A stretch of DNA of 64,000 nucleotides from the human T2T-CHM13v2.0 reference genome, Homo sapiens. The position numbers and the translations under genes are program-made. Positions 1 through 10,646 of this stretch are shown in pieces. Position 1 is the stretch's first letter, and each line of letters opens with the position of its first letter. The stretch lies in NCBI RefSeq assembly GCF_009914755.1, contig NC_060939.1; one strand, written 5' to 3'. The notes beneath the pieces were generated by a model that saw only the letters and a list, made by a program, of their open reading frames with translations, was not told the DNA's origin and ran no database searches.

Positions 1-262
1 AGAACTAGTCACGTGCCTGTTTTGTTTGCAGAATTGTCATTGTCAGAGAAGAAAATTCATAGTCCACCTTTGTTCTTTCACAGTACCAGGCAGAAAAAAC
101 AAAACAAAAACCAAAACCTGACAACACTTTGGAAAATTGGTTCCATTAAAGATATGCTCTATCATATCTACCCTGATGAGCACAATAAAATAAAAATGAT
201 TCTGGTGCTATTTACACAGCTGGGTTTATTTGATTTGTAGGTTATTTAAAGGTGCTCTAAAT

Positions 263-447
263 CAGTAGTCTACAAACTGTGGTCCCAGAGCAGAGGCAGC
301 AGCTTTACACAGAAACTTGTTAGAAATGCATTCTTAGGCCCCACTCCAGACCTACTGAATCAGAAACTCTAGGGATGAGGCCTAACAACCTTTGTTTTAA
401 TGAGCCTTCCCAATGAGGCTGATGCCTGCTCAAGTTGAGAACCATTG
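263..447 (+). mobile_element. MER5A (hAT-Charlie non-autonomous DNA transposon), near full length
   Basis: CAGTAGTC...GTTAGAAATGCA...CCAGACCTACTGAATCAGAAACTCT...TTGAGAACCATTG matches MER5A; degenerate 8-bp TSD CTCTAAAT/CTCTTAAC. Confidence 0.9.
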
Positions 448-1939
448 CTCTTAACTGCTGGTATGTGGGGTTTTGTTTAAATGGTGACACCTGGGATCCT
501 AATTCTGCTTGTTCTCTTCTCTCATTCTTTCCTCCTGAGTCTTCCAGTCAGAAGAGTCACTTCTCTCATTCCTTAGTCCCTCAAGGCCTTTTGTAACCTC
601 CGCTCTGGGGGCCTGGGTGGGATGCCTAATGTTGGGATGCACTGGGAACCTTCTAGCCTCGTTAGAATTTAGCAATTAAACCAAAGTGTTCCACCTGGTT
701 TTGTTAAGCAGCACTGGCTGACCTTCTGGGCTGGTCCAGGTACCTGACACTTTGTCCTTCCCTCCCTCTTGCACCCTCCTGCATATAAAGCAAAGCATTG
801 CCATTGTATATCCCAGCATTATATGAGACAGGTAGTGGTTAACCCTCTCAAAGTATTTAGAACAGGACCCTGGCAATTTTAAGCCTTTCATTCTGGAAGA
901 AAATTTTCATTTGTTTTCTGTATGAGTCTGGTGTGCTGGAAGTCCACAACAAACCTAGAATTTTAAAATACTCATTGCATTGAAAGAAGCATGGCCACTT
1001 TCTATTCTATATGTGAGATTTAAGGGCTCAGGAAAATGTCAGCTTGCAAAGCTGCCTAAACGTTGCATCTCCTTCTTTTTCAAAGGCTGGGTTGGATGGG
1101 GAGAGGTTGGAGATACAGACTTATTGGTCTTAACCAACAAAGTTTACTGAAACCAGATATATCTAAGAAAAACATATTGGTGTGGTGTTTTTTTTTCTTC
1201 ACTAGAACTGCCCTCGATAAAATGTGGGTGTCATTTGAAAAGGGCATCATTTCCAGTGAATTCTGAAAGTGTCACACAGGGTATTGATTGATCAGTCTTG
1301 CCGTCAGCGTGATTGGGGCCAGCGTGGAGCTGCTCCTGTGATCCAATTTTCAAAGCTCACAGACACCTTCACTCTCTGGCAAATAGCATCAGCAAGTGGT
1401 CGAACAGAGGGCACCAGAGAGATGGGAGTGGGGTGCAGGAATAGTCTGGCAGAAAGGTGGCAAGAATGAATGATTTTGTATCATGATCAGCTTGTCTAAC
1501 CACTGTGTGTTGAAAGCTGTAAGTACACCTCAGGTGCATTGGATGGTTAGGAGTCTAATTTGTTTTCTCTAATAAGCAACATTAAGCTGTGAATAAGTCA
1601 AAGCAGCTTCTAATCAATGAGAAATACCAATGCCAACATTGGTGAAGTCACTTTAAGATAATATAAGTGTCTTAATTTGTGTTCGCTTTTGCCCTCAAGT
1701 TCATATTCATAATATAGACATGGGACAGAAGTACTCCGCCGAACTGTATTTCCTTTATGGTGTGAGCCAAAGTTACATCTAGCCCAAGTGGTCCTTAAAA
1801 TAACAAATATATAGTCTACACACATGGCTTCTAAGGGTGCCATTCACTTGCTCTAGGATTGTATGTGTGAATAAATGCATGAATGTATATGAGCAGATAA
1901 GTCTGCCTTGACCTGTGTCATGAAGAGTTTGGAGGTGGG

Positions 1940-2056
1940 TTGAGTGACCTTAGGCAAGGGATGATCTCTTTATGGGCCCTCATTTTCCTGTTTTTGAAAC
2001 GAGGGACTGGACAACAGAAGTTTTAAGAATCATTCAAACTTCGATATTATGTGATG
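1940..2056 (+). mobile_element. MIR fragment
   Basis: GTGACCTTAGGCAAG...CCTCATTTTCCTG MIR core; approximate bounds. Confidence 0.6.
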
Positions 2057-2968
2057 TTTTCCATGGCTTTTACTCAGGGGGAGCAAGAGTGAGGCAGCGG
2101 GCAGAGAGTTGGTTTGAGTAGAATGAAGGTGAATGAGTTCTTTCTACTTCCTGAGCAAACAGTTTCCTGGTGTGTGAACTCTGGACTTCTTGATGAGAAA
2201 AATAAGCTCCAGGTTTGCAGCTGGAAGGGTCAATTCCAGGGTCTTCCTTGGAGCTTCCTCTAATCAACTCCAGGTTCCCTGGACCTCAGGGCCGGGATTG
2301 AAACCAACTCGGGCAATAAGTACTCCTAGGAAGTACAGGCACCTCCATTCTGACCTGAGGGTCCAAAGGCACTTTGCTTCTCCTTAGGACTCCTCCCTGG
2401 GACTGTCAGGGCACATCATGGTAGGGAACATGCAAACGTGTTTCTTCCCTCCTTTGTAGCAGAGAATAGCACACTATGAAAAAACCACTCTAATTCTTAC
2501 ATACTCTTTTAACTTATAGGCCTGCCACACTCTCTGCCTATTTAATACTCTATCTTGGGATAATTAGCTGTGCCAAACATGGACAGAGGAAACTCCTTTG
2601 TTTCGAATCACATCCTTTCTTCAGTCTGACAGTCTATGCCCAGTCATAGGTGGCTATGTTTTTCCATAGCAAGACCTCACAGAGATACTGGGAGGTTAAA
2701 TGCAGCACTGAGTTGAAAGCATCAGATCGTATGCAGGATGCTATGTGTGTAACATTTGGTTATTATTTCCAGTGAGCTGAAAATTCCTCAGAGACCAGGA
2801 CTAGGCCTATTCTTTCCATGCCCTTTGCTTAACACATCATAGGAGCTTGATCGATGTTGGTTGAATAGAGGAATCAGTTGAAAACCTGCCTCTGTGGCTC
2901 TTGTAAGTGACTTGTAACTTACTCTTAGAGTAGCTCAGGGAGAAGCATTGGTATTTATTTTTGGTAAG

Positions 2969-3179
2969 GTCACTTAGTATCCTGGCCAGTTTTGTGGATA
3001 ATGTATTCATGTGATGCATGGATCTTATGATTGTGACTCTCCATCATAAGTGATTTCCAGGTAGAAAATTCTGTCATTTAGTGTCCTGGCCAGTTTTGTG
3101 GATAACGCATTCATGTGATGCTTGGATCTAATGACTGTGACTCCCCATGGTAAGTGATTTCTAGGTAGAAAATTCTGTC
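2969..3179. repeat. 104-bp tandem duplication, 2 copies, about 89% identical
   Basis: 2969-3072 versus 3073-3176, 11 substitutions, no indels. Confidence 0.95.
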
Positions 3180-3734
3180 CAACTGTTGACTTAACCTTGT
3201 TAAAAGTATGCCTAGTTCAACCTTTGTTCTCTTGCTGGGACATCTGGGCTTAAACAGTTCAGCCTTGTTTGTTCTTACAGCCCCACTCTCAGATATATGC
3301 AGGTCAATGGACTGGCTTAGCCTGGTGTCCTGCCGCACCCCCCTGGCAGCCTGCGCCATTGGCCAGCACCTCCCTGAAAAGCAGGTGGCTGTGCCATTTT
3401 TCTGCACAATCATCCTGTCACAGGGATGAGTGACGTCTACACTGACACCATTCTGGATGACAAAACTGAGGGGCTACTTTACAGAGTGGCCAGTCCAACC
3501 AGAAGAAGGGTAAAAGGAATCAAATAATCATTATTCTAGAGAGAGGACTGAGAGCTGGAACTTAGTGATGTCAGGTATTTTGCACATTTATCCAGTGGTT
3601 CATTATACTTTGTATGTTATGTAGGAATTAAAAATGATTTTATCTGATTGAATGGAAAAAAATACTAAAGTATAAAGTATAAAAAAGTTTAGTGATGTTT
3701 TTCCCCAATTAGTTAATGGCAGTATTGGGTCTAG

Positions 3735-4115
<381 letters not shown>

Positions 4116-4619
4116 TAGGCTCCTTTTTGTTTTTTAACCACACTACAGGATCTCAATATATCCAGTCATTGTTGTCCTATTGTTGCTTTGCCTGCTGTCC
4201 GGTGCTAAAAATCTTTCTACTGTTTATGGGAAAAAATTCCAATGGCTTTCAAAACCATGTTGCCAAAGCAAACAGCTCAGACCCTTACCTTTTCTCCATA
4301 GGTGACTTTTCAGTAAGGAAAATAAAAGTACTAAATGTTATTACACATTTGAGAGCCAGCCCAAATGATTTCAAAGGCAACTTATTCTACTTTTTCCAAG
4401 TTTTAAAATTTTATTAGAAATATTATGCATGCAGGTTGAAAGAAGAATATTTGGGTAAGAGAAGAATTGATGATAGTATAATCTCATAATTTCAACCTGA
4501 CGTTAACTGGCATTTAGAGAACTTCTTGTCACTATATTTTCTCTGGGCTCATTTTCTTCCATCTAGTTATAATTATATTGTTGATAATAGTTGGCAGTTC
4601 CCTCCACTTAATATTACAG

Positions 4620-4930
4620 TAGAGGAGCTTCTCCTTATTATGTTTTCTTTATAGTCTTCTATGACTTATAATAGCTCATTATATTGAGTGAATATATCAC
4701 AACTTGATCATTCCATATTTTTGAAATTTAGATTGTTTCCCCTTTATTGTGTCTATTTTTATATCCACTGCTGTGAATCTTTTAAAGCATAATTTAAAAA
4801 ATTATTTAAAATTATTCCTTTAGATTAAATCAAAAGGATATACGTAGTCTACATTTTAAAAACTATTGGTATATCTTGTTTCATTATTTTTCAAAATGGT
4901 TTTACCAATTTATACTGCCTACAAGACGTT
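4620..4930 (-). mobile_element. Old L1M(E) fragment
   Basis: AT-rich, with TAGATTGTTTCC and CAAAATGGTTTTACCAATTTATACT typical of antisense L1M 3' region. Confidence 0.55.
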
Positions 4931-6663
4931 TATTTCACCTTTTTTATTTTATATTTTTATTTAATTTATATTTTCAAATTTTGTTTCTGTTTTTCCTTAC
5001 TTCGATTGTTTACCACTGGAATCTTGAGACCAATTAAATTTTTAAAAAGGATTAAATACAGCTAATTAACAAAAACCTGTCACATGCTTATATGATTAAA
5101 TCAGCAGATGGAAACCTAGGCCACTAGCTTATACTGGTCACGTAAGGTCTCTTAGACAACTAGTGGCTACAAGTAGAATGAGAAGGTGTTTTGAGGTCAG
5201 ATTAAAATGGGGCTATGTAGCCTCAGAGGACTGAAATCACTCTCTACACTTTTTAGAACACTGAGACTGGATAACAGGCATTTGAGGCAGCCTTGCCCCT
5301 CTGTCTTTGGGAAATTTTGCTCTTGGGAGAATGGTTTGTTTAATTTAAACAAAACCAATTATTATTTTTTTTGAGAAAATGTATTTGTGACTAACATGTG
5401 ACCTGGGTATCCAGTGTCCAGATCAATGCAATATTTTACTCATAAGATACCACAGTCATTGTTCTACCTAATTACTATAAGGAGACAAATGGTTCCTTTC
5501 TCTAAAAACTCCAAAGGTAGTGAAGAACTGTGGAATCCAGAGATGTGATTTGTAGATTGTCTGAGATGGTTGAAAGTAACTGCTACTAAGCATAGCCATG
5601 TGGTCTCCTTATAAGACACATTAGCTGTGGTTCAATGATTTCTATTGTTGCACCTTATACCTGGTAGATGTGTGGTTGTTTATAAGGATTTTGCGCTTTC
5701 TGTTTCTCCCTTAAGGAGGGGATTCGCTTTATAGGCACTTTTCTTAACCTTGCTCTGCAGATTAAAAAGCTTAAGGACCACACAGATTTCACGGCTTCTG
5801 AGTGCTCATTCATGAAATTCCAGTAAGGGTGAGTGTGCTGATAAAGGTTGTTTTCCTGAAGAGAAACCAGTGCAATTGCAATGACTTAGAATCGAATTAT
5901 AAATGATTCAATGCAATCAAATACTGCTTATTCATAAGTAGAGGGTGAGGAGGAACTCTTTTTGTAAATAAGGTGCTCTTCTCCTGCAATGGGATGTGAC
6001 AGCAAAAATACAATAGGGGAGAGAGTATGTTTGTTCTCCTAACTCCCTTCTCTCTGCTTGGCCATCTTGGATTTAAGGAATGTCTTAAAGGTAAGGGAAA
6101 GCAGGGGCTCACTAGCAAACGAGAATGGGCAAGGAATGGGTATTCCCAGTTTGGGGCAAAATGAAAAAAAAAAGAAAAAGGGAAAAGAAAAGACAAGCAG
6201 AACTGACTGACCAATGGGAGTTGGGCACATTCATGACAGTAAATTGGGCTCCTGCATGCTCTAATTCCTGCTGCACCCCAGACTGCTAACATGCCTTGGA
6301 TAAAAAGGAGAAAAGAAAGGAGGGAAAAAAAAATCCATGCGGGAGGTTGTGAGTGAACAGAGTCTGTTCCGAGCTCCCTCCACAGGCAGACACCAATCAA
6401 TAAATCAATAGGGAATGTTCACTGGCTGTGAAATGGGTAGAGAATCTAGTGTCAAGCTGCTTCAAGATGGATGGACAGCGGGCTTGCTGTCTGCTGAAAG
6501 GCCAGAGGTGACTATCACCTTGAGATGAGATCAGTGAGCAGCAGCCTAACAGCCCTTTGAACTCTAAGTCTATGATTGAGGATGTGGGCAGGGCTTAAAA
6601 CAGTCCCAGTGCGACCCCACAGTGACATCGTCCTCTGCTCTGTGCATCACCCCCAACACTCAC

Positions 6664-6860
6664 ACCTCTTGGCAGAGCGGACGGTTTGCCATACAGAGCC
6701 TGGCTGCTGTCTGCCCCGGGCCTGCTGTGCCCTGTCATTGAAGTAAAAGCTACAGGAGACTGAATCAGAAATTACTAGATGCCCTAGTGGTGGGAAGCAT
6801 CGATCAGAAAGGGTAGGGATTTTCTGCACAACAGTCGGATCTTTCCTTTTATATAAAGGG
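6664..6860 (-). promoter_or_regulatory. Candidate TATA promoter and first exon (minus strand)
   Basis: Minus-strand TATAAAAG at 6853-6846, CA dinucleotide about 28 nt downstream (6826/6825), GTGAGT donor at 6663-6658, upstream GC box (about 7031) and CCAAT (7075-7071); repeat-free with locally raised CpG. Confidence 0.35.
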
Positions 6861-7233
6861 GGTTTAACATAGTACGGACGGTGCTCTCACTGCACAGCAC
6901 TGTATGTTAACCCTTGCTTTCGTGGACTTAACCTAAGGCTGCCACAGGGGTGGCTATGATCCGTCTCTCTGAAACTCAGAAAAGTGCTTTCTGTTTGAAG
7001 GGCCTTTAGGTCAGGCCAGCCTGGCTGTGTGGGGCGGTCACTGCTGCTCTCGTGGCTGTGTGCTGGCTCCATTGGAGCGGTGGGTGGCTTATCTTCAGCT
7101 GCTGCTCGGCCAGCATGCTGCAGCATCACTGAGTTTCAATACAGAGAGGGGAACAGCCTGGCTCCAGAGACCCTGCTGTTGAGGCGGGCAGGGGATGGTG
7201 TATTCCTTGTCCTCTCTGTGACCCTCAACTTAC

Positions 7234-7371
7234 TCTCACTTTCGAAAAGACGAGGCTCCTCACCTCCTATGACTGAGACCAAATTTTCACTTTGGGTTCA
7301 AATGCTGAGCTATGAACCTCCTGCTTAATTCTCAAAATGTGGCTCTGTCCAGAAGATGTAAATGGCTTATC
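7234..7371 (-). other. Candidate non-coding internal exon (138 nt)
   Basis: Acceptor CTTTTTGTTTATGTTTTCTCTAG|G and donor AGA|GTAAGT; stops in all three frames. Confidence 0.35.
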
Positions 7372-7805
7372 CTAGAGAAAACATAAACAAAAAGTTCTGG
7401 GTGATATTTCATTTATCATTCAGATAATTTACCATCATCTGGACACACATATAGTCTGCATGTCTTATTCATTTCTTCAATTCTTTTATTTGATTTCACG
7501 TTACTTGCCATTCCTATTGTGTGCTAGGCAATAGGTAAAGAGATGAAGAAAATATGGTCCTAGCCCTTGAAAAATTAGGGGTCCTCAAAAATGATTTATA
7601 AAACTTCTGTTTCTCTTATGTCTAGAAGCTCTCATTTATTTCTCTAAAAAGATTTTTTTTTTTGGTCTTTAAAGTTTTTCATTCATTTTTTTTTTGATGG
7701 GCAGAAAAGACAATTTGGGGGGTTGGACAGAAAAGTAAAAAGTTATACTAGATAAATGAATAAATGAAGGTTGTGTAATGTATTGGGAAATGCATTGTGG
7801 AGGAA

Positions 7806-7845
7806 TTCATTCATTCATTCATTCATTCATTCATTCATTCATTCA
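7806..7845. repeat. (TTCA)10 microsatellite at an L2 3' tail
   Basis: Direct reading. Confidence 0.95.
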
Positions 7846-8065
7846 TGCTTGCATTCACTCATTTATTCCACAAGTGTTTATGGACTATCTGGTGCCTGGA
7901 AAGCTGCTGATATTGTATACCTCTGGTGGAGGGCAGACATTCAACACACTGTGCTATAGACAAATGTACAAAGGTATAGAGTACTATGAGGGTGAGTAGG
8001 AGGAGTATCTAATTCAGATGGAGATGGAAGTCAGTAAAGGCTTTAACTGGAGAGCTGAAGGAACA
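7846..8065 (-). mobile_element. L2 3' fragment
   Basis: (TTCA)n tail followed by AAGTGTTTATGGACTATCTGGTGCCTGG...GTCAGTAAAGGCTT. Confidence 0.7.
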
Positions 8066-8094
8066 GAAGTTAGAGAGGATAAAAGTGAGGACAC

Positions 8095-8253
8095 AGGCTG
8101 GGCCTCTCATCTGGTCTTGTTACCAGCAAGATATGTGACCACCAGGCGAGACTCCTGTCTTCCTGAACCTATGCTAACCCACCTGTCAATTAAAGGGGTT
8201 GGACTAGGTAATTTATAATATAAAGACCCTCTGGCTCTGAAGTATTATAATTC
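8095..8253 (+). mobile_element. MIR fragment
   Basis: TATGTGACC...CCTGAACCT...GGGGTTGGACTAG...GCTCTGAAGTATTATAATTC. Confidence 0.6.
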
Positions 8254-8558
8254 CTTAAAAGATCCCATTTGCAAGAAGTCTAAGTCCATCAGACCCACTC
8301 TTAAGAATGGTTCATATCATTTCCACAGGAACATAGAGTTGTTGGTTGTTGCCATACAGTCTCAGAGGAACTAGTCCTATCTCAAACATTTAGGTAGTGC
8401 TATTTACCATGGCTCTTTATCATGGCCCCGCAAATGATGGTCTGGGTCTTGGTCTGAAGAACTCATAGGGCTGTGGAGCGAGACTATAGTAGATTTGATT
8501 GTGTGTGATTCACACATAAGGTTTGATCACCACACTTTGATTTCCAGTTAAAAAGACA

Positions 8559-8750
8559 AGCTAGGGTGCAGTGGCTTGCGCCTGTAATCCCACCTACTCA
8601 GGAGGCTGAGGTGGGAGGATCGCTTGAGCCCTGGAGTTTGAGGCTGCAGTTAACTATGATGGCGCCACTGCACCCTAGCCTGGATGACAGACTGAGACCT
8701 TGTCTCTAAAAAAAGAGAAAAAAAAAAACACACAGAAAAAAGAGGAAAAA
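8559..8750 (+). mobile_element. FRAM (free right Alu monomer)
   Basis: Single monomer with GGAGGATCGCTTGAGCCC...GAGGCTGCAG...GCCACTGCAC and A-rich tail; no left arm. Confidence 0.85.
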
Positions 8751-8787
8751 GTAGGAAATAGGCTGCATTTAGAAATACTAACAGGTT

Positions 8788-8905
8788 TCTCATTTATCAA
8801 AAATGTAGTCAGTACCTACTTTGTATCAGGTAGTTTGCTTGGTAGGCAAGGGAGGGAAAATGAATCAGACATCAGACTTGGATTCTGTCTTAATGGAGTT
8901 ACTTA
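8788..8905 (-). mobile_element. L2 fragment
   Basis: AGTACCTACTTTGTATCAGGT...AAATGAATCAGACA. Confidence 0.5.
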
Positions 8906-9917
8906 ACTGAATTTAGAAGAAAAATTACATTTACAAATTTAAGTACTTGTAAATATTTGAACGATGTATGCTGAACACAGAGCTGATCCACACAAAGATT
9001 TACATAAAGATGTTAAAGTCTTGTTACCTTGTTTCATCTCATTATGGTTACCCATCTCGACTTACTTCCTCTGTAGATGCAGACACACTTGTTCAAGATC
9101 AGACCTTAGCATGTAATATTCTTAGTCTGTTCACTTGACATGAAAGGTCAGCTTGCATCTTTAACTAAAATCCTAGTCTCCTGTTCCTACGAAGAGGTCT
9201 TATAAAAGAAGTCTTATAAAAGAATTGAAGAAATGAATAAGACATGCAGACTATACACGTGTCCAGATGATGGTAAATTATCTGAATGATAAATGAAATA
9301 TCGCCAAGGGACAGTTACTCTGCATTGGTCAGGAGGAGCAAGAAGGTGGGAGCTCACAGGTGGAGAAGTACACATATGTGAGAAGCTACTAGAAAAATGC
9401 CATTTTGAACTACTATCTGTCTCTTCTGCTTTTCTCCAATCCCAGCTGATACAAGGTGCCACAAACTCCAAATAACTCACAGTCACAACCAGTATTATAG
9501 GTGGTGACCTAGAAACCTACAGGCCCCAGGATATGATGATATTAGGAGGTCTATACCAGGGTCTCCTGAGAAGGGTGATAAATGGAGTCACCTTGAAGAA
9601 AGTCCCAACTGGCTTTGTGGGAGCTGTTGGTGTGTCTGGGAAGCTCTTTAAACATTGCCTCCTTTTAATTTAAGCTGTCTTTGATGCTGGATATGTTGCT
9701 AGAGTTATTCTCCCAAACACAGGCTTTTTGATCGATTTCTTTTTAGTTGCTGCTGATTTAGAAACTGCTTGTAGGTCTATATCTGGATAATCTGAGGTTG
9801 CAGATGCCCTGGAAAGGCGGCTCCTAAATTATCACATAATTATCTGGAAAGTCCTCGCCTCTTGGCCTTGCTGAGACTTCCTTCTTGTAATCACCCCAGA
9901 AAGGCTGAGTGCTTCAG

Positions 9918-10126
9918 AATTAGGGGTCTGGCTTTACAGATACTGGGGCTCAAATCCTGACTCCCCACTTTGTAGCACTGTGATCTTGTGAAAGGTAATT
10001 TTAATCTTTCTAAATCTCAACTTCCTTACCCAAAAAATGGATTGTTGTAAGAATGTAATGAGATAATCCCTTTCCCAGTCCTTGCAAATAGAAAGTGCTC
10101 AAGAGATGTTAACTTTTGTTATTAAT
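9918..10126 (+). mobile_element. MIR
   Basis: GGGCTCAAATCCTGACTC...TGTGATCTTG...AATGAGATAAT...AAGTGCTCAA. Confidence 0.75.
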
Positions 10127-10158
10127 AGTAACAATCACAACTTAAGGTTAACACATTG

Positions 10159-10615
10159 TAGATCACAGAATCCTATATGTAGAAAACTTTAAAAACTCCA
10201 CAAAAAACCTGTTAGAACTAAGAAATGAATTCAGTAAAGTGTCAGGATACAAAATCAACACACAAAACTCAGTTACTAACCAGCTGAAAAAAATTTAGGA
10301 AAAGTCATTTTTACAGTAGCATTAGAAAGAATAAAAGGCTGGGTGCAGTGGCTCATGCCTACAATCCCAGCAATTTGGGAGGTAGAAGCAGGAGGATCAC
10401 TTGAACCCAGGAGTTCAAGACCAGCTGGACAACAAAGTAAGACCCAACTCTATAAAAAATAAAAAATAACAAAATTTAGCCAAGCGTGGTGGTACTTACT
10501 GTAGTCCCAGCTACTTGGGAGGTTGAGGTGAGAGGATCGCATGAGCCTGGGAGGTTGAGGCTGCAGTGAGCCATAATCATGCTCCAGTCTGGGCAACACA
10601 GCAAGACTCTATCTC

Positions 10616-10646
<31 letters not shown>

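Noticed and set aside
3333-3350. CTCF site (similar partial matches near 37230 and 62176)
   Set aside because: Several mismatches to the core, including the GGC end
6845-6859. CArG (SRF) box
   Set aside because: 11 A/T bases between CC and GG, not 6
6600-7260. CpG island
   Set aside because: CpG is above background, but observed/expected is roughly 0.35-0.4 by eye, below island thresholds
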